DNA of 58,218 nt, filler included, from Sphacelaria rigidula (Eukaryota), in NCBI GenBank assembly GCA_964200075.2. It is 9 parts of 9 records of this genome, joined end to end, with 100 filler letters (N's around TTAATTAATTAA, not from the genome) between each part and the next. Parts side by side here need not be neighbours in the genome. Positions count along the whole stretch, not along the records: positions 38,882 to 45,260 come from CAXNAA020020439.1; positions 45,361 to 51,739 come from CAXNAA020020440.1; 7 more parts are not named here. One strand, given 5' to 3'. Shown piece by piece: positions 38,782 through 50,909 of the stretch. Within the stretch, counting starts at the first letter, position 1. Every line of letters starts with the position of its first letter. The position numbers and the translations under genes were made by a program. The notes under the pieces were generated by a model. It did no database searches. It saw only the letters and a list, made by a program, of their open reading frames with translations, and was not told where the DNA came from.

Positions 38782-38959
38782 NNNNNNNNNNNNNNNNNNN
38801 NNNNNNNNNNNNNNNNNNNNNNNNNTTAATTAATTAANNNNNNNNNNNNNNNNNNNNNNNNNNNNNNNNNNNNNNNNNNNNGATAAGGGGCTCCTAACAA
38901 TTCTAATCTCAGAAATTATTTCTCTACCCCTACCGTAGCATAACTCAAATATCTAATTC

Positions 38960-39649
38960 GGTCCGGAGCAGGTTAAGTCCTTAGGCCATGTACTGTCGGC
39001 AGATGGCATCAAAGTGAGTGACGAAAAATTGAAAGCCATTCTCGACTTGCCGGAACCCACCTACATCGAAGAGTTGCGATCAGTACTCGTTCCAATAAAT
39101 GTCGTGCGGAAGTTCATACCAGACTTAGCTACAACCATCGTACCTCTGGTAGATCTGAGAAACAAAGAGGTGGCAAAACAAGTGTCAAAACTCTGGAATA
39201 CCGAACACGATGAAGCCTTCGAAAAAATCAAAACCATGTATGACCGAGGCACCCGCCTTTCATTTACTAGACTTCACGGAAGACTTCACGATAAATATCG
39301 ATGCGTCGGACCGAGGGGCTGGAGGTAACTTTTCGCAGAAGAAGGGCGGAGACGACGCAATCGTAGCATACTTCAGCCAACATTTCAATGACGCCTAAGC
39401 CCGCTGCTCACCCACCATGAAAGAGTGTTACGCGGTCGTACTGGCGATTAAGCGTCTCAGACAGTTTTTTTTGGGTCGTCACTTTACGTGTGTAACTGAT
39501 CATGCCGCTTTTCGAGATTTGTATGCAATGCAAGATAGAAGTAATATGCTGACCCGGTGGGCGATCGCATTGTAATCGTATGATCTCACGGTCAAACATT
39601 AGCCGGGGAAACTTCACGTCATTCCGGACACCCTCCCACAGCTCTTTAC
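38960..39649 (+). mobile_element. Degenerate Ty3/Gypsy pol: RT thumb/connection and RNase H
   Basis: LGHVLSADGI, ELRSVL, RKFIPDLA, DFTINIDASDRGAG, VAYFS, KECYAVVLAI, FTCVTDH and LTRWAIAL motifs, with stops and frameshifts. Confidence 0.92.
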
Positions 39650-41632
39650 TGTAGACTCTAGCCATCATTATCACCTCAGGTTAGGGGCATTTGTAGGTGT
39701 AGTTGTCTGATTGCCGGACTCTGTGATGGTGACCTCCATGACGAGTAGGCCGGTTTTGCTACTCTGATGGAGAGAGGCTATGGTCCTGTTCTCCTGTATT
39801 ATGCTGAGGGTTAATACATAAATAATTAAAGCTGCCGAAGTCCATGTGCCCGTGATGGGAGGAGTCCACATGGCAATCTGATCTTGAGTGACAGAAGTCT
39901 ACAATGAACGTTCATTAAGTCCGCTGACTAGCGGTAGGTCCGCTGAAAAGCAGCTGACACTTCAAAATAGGGAATTCTGCAGGTCTGATCAGTCTGCAGC
40001 AAACAAGACCAGCTCAAGGCGTGTTAACGTCGCTAGGAGTTGAAGAAGTAGAGCCGAGGAGGTTCTGAGGCAGTGCCGGGGTGGGCTGTGGTATCGCTCG
40101 TGCGAGAGGTGCGGGGGTTGACCGACAGCTGGCGAGCCCGCGCACGTTCCAGAAAAGCGGCGAAGTTACTACCCGGTGGAGCCAGCGAGAGTTGCTTGTT
40201 TCACGCTTGGCCAGGTACGGTCAAAAAGAGGAGTCCAAGGACTTCAAGACGTGGCGAGAACCGCGTGAGGAAGAGGCGTGTGTGGTCACCGTTGTAAGGT
40301 GGTACAGCGCGTCTCGGTATAAGGAGAGAGTTGTTGTTCCTGTGAGTGGGAGGCGACTTCGTTTTTCAAAAAGGCGTGTGGAGTGCTGTACTGCTGACCG
40401 AAGTGTACGAGGTGCAGGAGTATGTCGCGGTGGACGGCCATGTTGTTCGTGCACCGCAACAATATGTTGTCATCGATGGTCGCGCTGTTCGTGTACGATT
40501 TGTGGATATGCCCTACTACGGTCGCAAGTTCTCAAGTGAAAACTCTGCTCAGTTTCTGTGGAAGTATGAGGACCACCTTCGTGAGGTGCACGCAACGAAC
40601 GAGCGTCAAGCATGCTGGCACGTTGTTGAGGAGCCAGCGGTCTCTGACCTTATGCTCGCACATATCGAGAACTGTCTATGTGACACATTTTTGGATGGTG
40701 CGAATGATGTTGGGCAAGAGAAATTGCTCTTTGAGCTGCGCAAGCATGCATCTTATGCATCGCCGAGTGTGGTGCAAGATAGTGTGAAGGTCGGCGGCGG
40801 TGGAGATGGGCACGACATTTTGACAGGCAAGAAGGCGACACAACATAGGCCTGTCCGAGTACGCAGGCACGAAAGTGCTAGAAGCGTTGCCGCTATCGCC
40901 GTCAAGGAGCAAGCCAGACAGAAGGTGGAGGCTGTAGCGAGTATGGGTGATAGTGCTGCTGCTGCTGGCGATGTTGAGAGAGCGGGGCCTATATGGGCCA
41001 ATGAGCAAGTGCTGGTGGGCGGAGGTCCCAGTTGCTTGTTGCCGCCGGACCAGCGCGTAGCTGGAGATACGCCTTGCATGCTCGAAGCTGCGGGGGGTCT
41101 TATTCGCGAATGGCGAGCGAGCAGGGTCCCAGTTGCTTGTTGCCGCTGGACCAGCGCGTAGCTGGAGTTACGCCTTGCATGCTCGAAGCTTGCCGAGCTC
41201 ATGGTGAATCTATCTGCGCCAGTGACAGGGCGGGAGATCGTTCAGATGATTCGCAGGGGTGTCTGAGAATGCTATTCTTTGCGGAAAACGACAGTACTGT
41301 CAGGCACCAATGATGTCTGAGTTTGTCAAGCTCTGATGTAACTACTTGTTGGTAGTAGAGAGCTTTGGGGGTGCTGTAGACTCTAGCCATCATTATCACC
41401 TCAGGTTAGGGGCATTTGTAGGTGTAGTTGCGGGTCTGATTGCCGGACTCTGTGATGGTGACCTTCATGACCAGTAGGCCGGTTTTGCTACTCTGGTGGA
41501 GAGAGGCTATGATCCTGTTCTCCTGTATTATGCTGAGGGTTAATACATATAGAACTAAAGCTGCTGAAGTCCATGTGCCCGTGATGGGAGGAGTCCACAT
41601 GGCAATCTGATCTTGAGTGACAGAAGTCTACA
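39650..41632 (+). mobile_element. Complete gag-only non-autonomous LTR retroelement (TR-GAG-like, 1983 bp) nested in Gypsy pol
   Basis: LTRs at 39650-39903 and 41375-41632 (TGTAGACT...AGTCTACA; about 8 substitutions and one 4-nt indel by eye). TSD TTAC/TTGC, G-rich tract before the 3' LTR, no pol inside. Confidence 0.9.
40346..41161 (+). CDS. Gag-like ORF of the nested LTR element (true start uncertain, probably truncated)
   Basis: PYYGRKF...F...YED...V...N...L...HIENCLCD...DG aligns with the frame at 56231-56536, which lies upstream of a zinc knuckle. Confidence 0.6.
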   Translation: MGGDFVFQKGVWSAVLLTEVYEVQEYVAVDGHVVRAPQQYVVIDGRAVRVRFVDMPYYGRKFSSENSAQFLWKYEDHLREVHATNERQACWHVVEEPAVSDLMLAHIENCLCDTFLDGANDVGQEKLLFELRKHASYASPSVVQDSVKVGGGGDGHDILTGKKATQHRPVRVRRHESARSVAAIAVKEQARQKVEAVASMGDSAAAAGDVERAGPIWANEQVLVGGGPSCLLPPDQRVAGDTPCMLEAAGGLIREWRASRVPVACCRWTSA

Positions 41633-43220
41633 TTGCGTTTGAAAAGCGACAAAAAGCTGGAATCAAGCCCTTGCTTACACCAATATGCCGTAACGTACCA
41701 GAAGATCCCGCGTTACAAATAGCTGAACCACAACATCAGTAGCAGATATTAGCTGAAAAGCTCGACAATTGGAAGCCGGTGAAAAATGATCGAGAGCTGT
41801 TCACCATAAAATATGTACACGTGAGTGCAGCGAACGTCCTCACGTCAATCGATCGGGAAAAAAGCGAAAAGAGCAAGCAGTGGAGAACGGACCCTACATC
41901 CAATATATCACGGAAGAAGATGCTCCGATACCAGAACAAGAATCGATCACATCGATGTCATATTACTCACTACATGATGAGATCCTATTCGAATCATACT
42001 TGCGTGGGCACTTGCAAAAACGTGGTTCGTGACCAACCTTTGCTTCCCAAGACCCTTGTGGGCTTTGAGCTACATTCATACCACGACCATGCGCTGTCCG
42101 CAGGGCACTTAGGATTCAAGCGAAGCTACGACAAGATCCGGCGGAAGTATTATTGGCCATCAATGAACCGCAATATAAAGGATTGATACTTGGAATGTCA
42201 AAGCTGGCAACGCCGGAAGATGCCCCACCAGCAAAAATTGCCAATGGGACATGTTCCAGTAGAAAGGCCATATGAAAGAGTGTCGGCAGACCTTGTCGAA
42301 TACAAACCAGCTTCGATGTCAAACGCTGGAGTACTATGTAAATATGTGCTGTCCGTAATGGACCACCTCACAAGGTATGCTTTGCTCATCCCGGTACCGA
42401 ATAAACAAGCCACAGCAATAGCCAAAACTGTTCTTGATAAAGGTTTTACGACCTTTACATCCCAGAAAAACTGTGTACAGATCAGGGGGCGGAATTTGAG
42501 AAGAAGCTAATATACGCAATGCAACAGGAGCTGGGTTTTAATAAAACCCGCACGACACCGTTACGCCCGCAAGGTAATGCAGTGTCAGAACGAGTCCACT
42601 CCACTATACACGCGATGTTAGCTATGCGTACGTCAATTGGGAACAAAAGCTGGGCATCCATGCTTCCGTTTATCCGAATGGCGTACAGCACATTCTATCA
42701 CAGTACAGTGCAGGGGATGCCGTATTTTTTATTGTGCGGAAGACAGGCCAAATTACCAATCAACATCATCCTCGGCATACCTGAGGGAGAGCAAGCGGCA
42801 ACACCCGGAGAAGTTTCCAAAGAAACACGGGAAAAGCTACGTTAGGATTTGAAACTGCGGGACAAGGTCTACGAGAAAGAGCGAACGAGCAAGAAAATAA
42901 GAACAGATTAAAACCGCTCCCGGTGTTCAAACCCGGTCAAAAGATACTCCTGTACCGACCATACCAGGATTCAGAAGAGCCGACCCCGAAACTCCAAATA
43001 CCATGGAGAGGACCTTTCATGATAACCGAGAGGCGATCGCCGGTTGTGTACAGAATTAAAATAGGCGACGACTCTAAACAAATGCCAGCACACCTCGCTC
43101 ACTTGAAGGATTATCGTCCGTGAGAAACGCCACCCGCATCAGATTTCGATAAGTCGAGCGAGCTGTTCCTAGGCAAACGGATACCTCTACCAGAGAGAAA
43201 TCAGCCAGACGGAACGTTGC
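41633..43220 (+). mobile_element. Degenerate Ty3/Gypsy integrase (HHCC zinc finger, DDE core, GPF/Y module)
   Basis: HDHALSAGHLG..YYWPSM..CQSWQ, PYERVSADLV, VMDHLTRY, DQGAEF, TTPLRPQGNAVSERVH and PWRGPF. The RH-then-INT order is diagnostic of Gypsy. Confidence 0.93.
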
Positions 43221-43539
43221 CAACAAAAAAACATCTCATCGATATATACCGTCATGACAATGGATTAGCAGAGTGCTCACATCCGGAGTCGAAATCCAAA
43301 AATACCGGGAAACAGAAACGGATGTGATTGTTCAGCAGACTGTTCGAGCGTCCTAGCAAAACGTTTAAGGGTTGAGCAGTAGCCTGGGGTCACAGTTCGG
43401 AGGTCAATGCGAGTTACACATGAAATGAGGTAAGAGCAATGCAGACATGAACGGAAGAATACCTGACATGTCAGCGGTGACGGAGGTACAACTTCCCAAG
43501 AAATATAGCCTCTGAGCAATGTGGGTAGTTGCTGACAAG

Positions 43540-44392
43540 AAGCATATATCATTCCAACGATGTTCAACCATTGAACACAATGCTTGCAAGATACACATGA
43601 TACCCACCGCTTTGTTACTAACGCGAGGACTTTGTCCTACTCCGGTGTCAGCGGAACCGAAGGCATCCTAGAACCCGGACATAAATAAGCCAGGCGCCTA
43701 TAGACCGATCAGTGTCCCAGGGTCCAGGCATGCATAAACAGCAGATGCATCCAGCACCAAAGTGCAAATGCATCTCATCAAAAACATGTGTCACATATGA
43801 CACACTTACATGTCACAAAATGATGAGACGCAAAGATCATGTCGATGTTTCACCAAAGAGCACAATTCCCGCAAGATAAACATCAGACCCATCGCTTTGT
43901 TACTAACGCGAGGACTCGGTCCTACGCCGGTGTCAGTGTAACCGAAGGCATCCCAGAACCCGGGCATGAGTACCTCAAGCGCCCATGGACCGGTCAGTGT
44001 CCCAGTGCCTAGTCATGTATACCTAACTGATGCAGTCAAAACCAAAATGCAAATGCATCCCAAAACAAATGTGTCAAACATGACGCAGTTACATGCATGA
44101 CACAAAATGACAAGAAGCAAGGGTCATTTCGACTGTGTTTAGCCAAAAGAGCACAATGCTCACCGGTTGAAAGCATCTTAAACACCGCTTTGCTACTAAC
44201 CCGGGGACGTAGTCCTTACCCGGTGTTAGCGGAACCAAAGGTATCCCAGCACCCGGGCGCATATAACCCAGGCGCTCGTGGACCGTTCAGCGTCCTAGTG
44301 CCCAGTCATGCATAACCGACAGACGCAAAGCAGCACTCAAGTGCAAAAAGGCATCTGAGGGAAACATGTCTCACATGACATATTTACGTGAC
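43540..44392 (+). repeat. Tandem array of about three diverged 285-295-bp units downstream of the Gypsy integrase
   Basis: CGCTTTG.TACTAAC.CG.GGAC...CCGGTGT.AG...AACC.AAGG.ATCC recurs at ~43603, ~43888 and ~44182. Confidence 0.85.
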
Positions 44393-44511
44393 AGAGAAAA
44401 AACAAATTAAAGGGTTTGCAATGCATGCACTGTTACTGACCACAGGTAGCTAGGATTGACTGGGGGAGTTACTCAATACCACAGTATAGAGAGGGACTAC
44501 CTTTGCGATTA

Positions 44512-44968
44512 GCCGTGATCACGGGATCTTACAAATTGGGGATGGATCTTTCATTGGGGATGAGAAACCCAGAGAATTAAAATATCCATATCCACGCCAA
44601 ATCTTTAAAATATGGTTTTATTTCCTCACCTACTGATAGCTATTGACAATTGCTACACGCCATGGAAATTTTCACTTCGATCACCGAAATGTTGGGGTCC
44701 TACGTGAAAAACCAATTTCGGAACCATTTTGTCGTCCGTTCGGACGCCCGGAATTCCCCAAAATTGGTTTTTTACCTAGGACCACAAAATTTCGGTGATC
44801 GAAATCCAAATTTCCACGACATGAAGCAGATGCCAATAGCTATCAGTAGGTGAAAAAATGGAACCATATTTCGAAGATTTGGTGTGGATACGAAGAATTA
44901 AATTTTCCGGGTTTCTCATCCCCAATAAATATCTCCATCCCCAGTTTGTAAGATCCTGTGCTCGTGGC
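44512..44968. mobile_element. Foldback MITE (~457 bp, ~205-bp imperfect arms)
   Basis: GGATCTTACAAA.TGGGGATGGA, ATTGGGGATGAGAAACCC, TCACCTACTGATAGCTATTG and TTCGATCACCGAAAT are all mirrored. Confidence 0.8.
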
Positions 44969-46677
44969 GTGACTCAATCAATGATTGTCACTCAAAGACA
45001 CTAACACGAGTATTTAATCAGCGAAGCTGATGATCACCTCGTCCCCCCAGCCACAGTCCTGATGGGCTTGAGGCGCATAAGGAGGGGGGGGGAGGGGGGG
45101 GGGATGTGGAAGACGCTTCTTTGCAGTGTGACATCTCAGATACTGATGCCACACATATATGAAGAACCAGAGCAAGGAGGTGCAAGGTACGTGCCCCTAT
45201 CCGAAGCCGTGATGCTTTTATAATAGCTATAAAAGCACTACCGTTCACTCTCGGAAACCTNNNNNNNNNNNNNNNNNNNNNNNNNNNNNNNNNNNNNNNN
45301 NNNNTTAATTAATTAANNNNNNNNNNNNNNNNNNNNNNNNNNNNNNNNNNNNNNNNNNNNTCTAACTCCAAATATTGGCCGGCGCATCCGCCTGCAAATG
45401 TTCATGCAGCCTCTAGGCTGGCCCAGCTCGTACAAAGACTGGCATTTTCATAGAGGAGAAACTCTGTGTTCCCCCGTGGCCGCTACATGCGTCTCAAAAA
45501 CTATGCTGTCCTTCTTTCAAACCTGGCGGGCGGACGGGGAAGCCGCAATCCCTTGAAGGTTACGGGAGTACACCTTGACTGTTGAACAAGTGCGAATACT
45601 GTACCGTTGGCATCTTGACTTGTAGCCGATTCGGTGAGAGAGCGCGGTTCGTCGAAATGAATGTACTTGTGCAGCAAAATATCTCCATGCGCAACTCCAC
45701 GATTATGGGGATTCGTCACGTTCGCAGTCCACGAAAAAGAGGAGAAAACAAGATCAGACGAGGCATTGGAGCACAGCAAGTATGAAAGCGGCGAGAGGAC
45801 CGGGAGTGTGAGGCCGTGTAAGGCAAGTAACAAACGTGTCAGATCCTCTTGGGAACCATCTCTTCGCTCTCTCAAAAAAAAAAACGTCACACGTGCAACG
45901 CTAGGCAACACCACCCCAAATCACCCAGCCAGGCTCAACGCTACTGTACTCTTCAACCAGTCACACCAAGACAACACATAAATTCATGGTACCATACAGC
46001 TTCCCATCAGTTTATCCCAATGTTGAGCGCCCAAAATTGTGGTAGCAACGCCATTTACTCACTACGCTGTTCATGCAAGGCTTACGGACAAACTACACAC
46101 GCAAACGGAAGTAACATCCACAAGCAACAAAATTGACCCTTAAGATCACAGAATAACTACAAGAAATAATGGCCTGCTGCGGCACGCTCAAGTCGACAAC
46201 GGCAAATTTCTGCCAACAACTTTCACACCCAATAAACTCACTGTTGCGATCGCCATGTGAACATCACACCTCGCTGTACTAGTCCAACGGTGACTATCCA
46301 ATACCGTACATCACAGAGCACAAGTCGCTCGGTGTCCGGAAAAGTTCTTCAATATGTTTCTCTCGAGAAGCATGGACTGCAATGTACACCTCCAACTGAT
46401 CTTTCTTATGGCAGGATCAAGATGATGGGGATGGATAATGGATACTCCGCATTTCTGTCTCACAGACCGATGCTTTGAGCCGCCCAAGTTTCAAAAGCGC
46501 AGCCGCCACACTTTCCGACAAAATTCAACTGTGGTTACAAACACCCGTATCGTCACTTGACCACGAGTGTTTCGCCCCCGCCACCGGCATTATCTTGCCT
46601 CACTTCGAGGCTGCTTCAAAAACGAACCGGGAGGGTCGTTTCTGTAACCGTTCTCTGGCAGACTCTGGTGTGAAGGG

Positions 46678-46800
46678 TCACTGGTTGGCGGCATGTGCCA
46701 CCCTAGCTTCAACGGACGAGATATCCAGTTCTCCTTCAAACTCTCGTAGGACATTCTCAAGCAGCGTGCTTGCGATTTTCGCCACGCCTCCTTGCACCTC
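46678..46800 (-). CDS. Terminal exon of a phosphomannomutase/phosphoglucomutase-family (alpha-D-phosphohexomutase) gene: EVQGGVAKIASTLLENVLREFEGELDISSVEARVAHAANQ*
   Basis: cccctcag acceptor, 123 nt, phase 0, ends in TGA. Continues the frame of the three upstream exons. Confidence 0.85.
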   Translation of the reverse strand, partial: EVQGGVAKIASTLLENVLREFEGELDISSVEARVAHAANQ

Positions 46801-46865
46801 CTGAGGGGAAAGGAAGAAACCCACATACAGAAGGAGAAAATAAGGATAAGCTTATGATATAGGTT

Positions 46866-46945
46866 GTATGTATGTATGTATGTATGTATGTATGTATGTA
46901 TGTATGTATGTATGTATGTATGCATGTATATATATATATGTATGT
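46866..46945. repeat. (TATG)n/(TA)n microsatellite in the last PMM/PGM intron
   Basis: About 14 TATG units followed by a TA run. Confidence 0.95.
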
Positions 46946-48250
46946 AACGCAAGAAGAAAGGGGGAACAGTGATCACTTATCTAGAGGAATCAGGGCGAGA
47001 TACGTGTGCACTGGCCTTTTCACCCTGGCGGTTGACAGTGCTTCAAAGCAATACCATACGACGCCTCCCAGTAGTAGGCGGTCTAACTATCTAGGGGTGT
47101 TTTGGGGATTCCCTTGCGTACTACTCTTCGATAGAACTCGAAATTGCTTGTGTCGGTAGATTTTGGTACAACAAAGCAGATCATCCTCGAAACACAGTGC
47201 CCAAGGCATGATAGTTGGTGTTATCGGGCGAAACGAGTAAATGCCCCGTTCATCAGGAGGGTGTTATTGACCGTGAAACACAGTTAAAGGGCCTAGTGCA
47301 ATGAGTAGGCAGAATTTCGAAAAAATAAAACTGTACATTTCTTTACAAATATGATCGGGACGGGCTCGATCGACCGAAAATACAGAAGAGTAAGAATCTG
47401 GGCTGAAACGTGGCAGGACCCCCGATGCGTCAGCCCGTAAGTCACTCAAGCTTGATTATAGATGATTTTTTCTTCTTGAAATGTAGAGCGGATACAAACA
47501 TCTTCAAATCCCCGATGTAATAGGCGATGGTACGCGAAAATAGCCCAAGAAAATCGCCAATTACGAAAAAATCACAAAATGCCAGAAAATGACGAGTTAG
47601 ACCGCCCACCACTGTATAATTTTATTTTTATTTTGGGGCATTCTGTACGGCCTTCCGGGGGTCGTCACACTGGTACCCCCGGAAGCCAGTAGGGAACGGA
47701 GAAACTTATGAAACACTGTCAAGAATACAATTTTTCTATTTAGAGCATCAATACCGCCACGAGGCTCCCTGGGACTTTCGTGCGTACCATTAGTGGAAAT
47801 TAGACGACGCCAACACCGTACATCACCGAAACATCACGGTTTCGGGTATGATTCGACCCCCGTAGTAACCGTTTTGAATGTGTTCCTTCTCCGTTAGATT
47901 CTCGAGCCGATGGCGGTTACTACGATTTGAAGCATGTGGAGATTGGGTTAAAATTGGGCTCGGAATTCGTAATTTTGATATCGTAACAATTTGACGGGCG
48001 CTGATTGGTCGATATACATTTTCGCCCTTAGCGCCACCACTATGGCCGTACATACAAATCCGGTCATACCACGCTCTTCAGCTGTCCATGGTGGTCAGTA
48101 TGATATCATGTATACGACTATCGGGCAGGTATTGCAAAAGGCATTTGCCAATGACGCAATTCTGGGTGATGAGCGTGAACCAGCCTGTATGTTTCACCCA
48201 TGTCTGTGCTCAAGGAGACGGTCGGCTTCCACGTTCAGGAGGTTTCTCAC

Positions 48251-48400
48251 CGATTCCACGTAGAAGATCACGATGGGCTCGTGCAAGGATAGCCGATTCA
48301 TGAACCAGCCGGCCCGGCCGTTGCCCTCATCTACAGCAACCCTCAATCCTTCATAGTTCACCGCCTCCGCTTCCCACGTGCTCACGGTGTCAACAGCCTC
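48251..48400 (-). CDS. PMM/PGM-family exon (domain IV): EAVDTVSTWEAEAVNYEGLRVAVDEGNGRAGWFMNRLSLHEPIVIFYVES
   Basis: NYEGxRV...GWFxxRxSLHxP phosphate-binding loop motif. ttgtcag acceptor, gtgaga donor, 150 nt, phase 0. Confidence 0.92.
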
Positions 48401-48443
48401 CTGACAAGTCACGGACACGAACGACATATCGACTTCATCAGGG

Positions 48444-48484
48444 TGTACTCATGATCATGCATGCCATAGTCATAAGACCATTGA
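48444..48484 (-). mobile_element. 41-nt solo tail of the C-run retroposon (intronic)
   Basis: TCAATGGTCTTATGACTATGGCATGCATGATCATGAGTACA on the minus strand, flanked by a TCAGGG duplication (48438-48443, 48485-48490). Confidence 0.85.
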
Positions 48485-49437
48485 TCAGGGTGGGGGAAAA
48501 ACACAAACTACCTTGCGAGCTTGTCGGCGCGTCACCAAACGCGCGCACCAACAACCTCCACAACTTTCCCGGCACCTGATGACAAAGATGGATCATGATT
48601 ATCATACGGGAGGGATGTCGAACTTCTTACCCCCCATTCTCCCGCCCCCCTCACCGTTCCCACTCGGGAGGAGTTCGTACTTTCCAGCAAGCGAGTAACA
48701 TGCCCCGTCCCGGTAATCAACTTTCATTTCTTTGCCGGCGTTGGATCAGCATCTCCACACCCCGTCGACTTTGATCAAATTCCAGACAAAATACCACGAT
48801 CCGGAGTAGAGGTGTTTGCCAAAACATGTGATCATTTCTCAAGTCATTCGTCAGCTCGTCCCGGACCCTATCATACTTGTGCCAACTGGCGATGAAAACT
48901 ACGTACGGATTTCAACGTTACGCTCGTCAGATGGAAAACATGACAACATCTCCGTCAGTTGGCATCAGTGAAAGGGGTCATCGACATGAAGTTCGTGATT
49001 TTGGAACCATGATATCGAAATATGACATGATTTCCACCGCCAGTTGGGATCCATACGTAATGGGATCCGATACGAAGAACTAACTCGCTAACAAGGTGTA
49101 CCCGACAACTATTAATAGGTCCTTGGTGTATGATGACATATTTTCGCAAACACGCTCTTCGAACCCATCGAATGTGCCCGTACAGACGCACTACATCGAC
49201 CATCGGGGGCTTTTGACACAAGTGTCAAGCACGCAAATCATGATTCCCGCATTCCGTTTTGCACAAGACTTCGTCAGGAATTTACTGACATTCATGTGGC
49301 ACACCACCTGACCTAGGTGTACGAAATATGGACCCAAACTACAGCTGGCCGCAACAAACAACAAACCACAAGAGGATTTGATGGTGGCTGATTTTATCGG
49401 TACACAGAAAGGCAGGCCTTGATTATTCATCACTCAC

Positions 49438-49524
49438 CCGTGTGGCAGCGAGCGTTCTCTTGTACATGTCTGCCGGATCTACGGGCTTGGCGACCCGCAG
49501 GCGGAACTCCGTCCCTTCCATTGG
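49438..49524 (-). CDS. PMM/PGM-family exon: PMEGTEFRLRVAKPVDPADMYKRTLAATR
   Basis: actgcag acceptor, gtgagt donor, 87 nt, phase 0. Joining to the previous exon gives the family LxEP...E.RL motif. Confidence 0.85.
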
Positions 49525-50385
49525 CTGCAGTTTCGTCAGCAATCGCAACATGTGAAGAGAGAAGAAAAAAAAAGAGCACAACAATAAATACATATTCCTG
49601 AAAAAGCACGAGGAGGGATATCGCATCAGGCGAGAAGAGTAATTGCCCCTTCCTTGTCCAAGGAACATGCCTGCTCGTAAAAACGCGTCGCTTTCATTGG
49701 CTGCGGGTTTCACCACAAATGCATCGTCGGTGCAACTACTTATGCTGATCTCTCCCGAACAAAATGATATTTTTGGCTGCAACTTGTGTCATCAACGATA
49801 TGATGTTATATCTTTTTGCTTATTTATTCTTTTTAAATTCTTGTTTTTTCAGCGAGCGTGTCCGTTTGTTTCGATCTCGATTGCGTCTATTCATGTCTTG
49901 ACTGGACTGCTACGGAATGACTTCACATGCGACGATACATTAATTAGTAGTAACGTTGCAACTGGTCAGGCGTTGGAGCGCCTGCATGCTTCCCCTCCGT
50001 GCTCGGTGACAAAGCACACCGTATCGCGCAAACGTACGATTCCATACATCCCGTGTACTGAAAATTAAAGCAAATTTCATATTGGGACACGTGCGTCGCT
50101 CAAATTCCCTGGCCAGACCCTAAGCTCAACGGCATTTCTCAACCTTTGCCGCGTTCTAGATACTACTCTACGCTCATTTAGGACAACGCATCGCCTCGAC
50201 AAGGTCTTTCATCATACATGTCCTTTGCTCCGTCATTCTGACGCTGATGCGACGCTCGTCGGCACATTTCAAACACTTCTGAAACAAACAATAGTCCGTT
50301 CCATCATATTTCGGACCCATAGCATACATAAGTCGGAGCTGAAATACCGGAAATGACGAAGATACTGTGCTCACCCCCCATGCAT

Positions 50386-50909
50386 GCATCATGACTTCTT
50401 AGGGTTGGCGTCGGTTGGTAATGATGTTGTAAAACACGCCATGAACTGCGGAGGCTAGGCAACCACGTTGCCGTCTTTTCTTCTGCGCTTGCGTTTTTTT
50501 TTGCGGTAACCATGACGGCGGTCGAGTTAGATCACATTGTGCGGGGTGGAGAACCTGAACTCCGCGCGAAGGGAATGATCGTACCACTCAGTGTTCAAAT
50601 GGTGAGACACCCATGAGGCAGTGTGTATAGTAACCCATGGCTATCTGTGGGTTTGGCAATACCAGGAAATGAAACAACTCATTGGAGGCCGTCATCCAAA
50701 TGAAAGATCATCAGTACGCTTGGGGCCGAACAAACTTCGCAGGATCAGCTCACCCCTAATGCGACTACTCGCCGAACACGTCACGGCGCTTAGGGCTTGG
50801 TGATTGATTGCGAGCCTGGTCCGCCGAAAAACCGGCGTGCTTCGTCCCGGCTTTGCAGGGACGCGAGGTCAACGGTCACATGACTATGGCATGCAATTCA
50901 ACGAGTACA
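50386..50909 (+). mobile_element. Longest copy (524 nt) of the C-run retroposon: body + X + tail, inside a PMM/PGM intron
   Basis: Perfect 10-bp TSD CCCCATGCAT (50376-50385, 50910-50919). Ends ...GAGTACA. No credible ORF. Confidence 0.85.
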
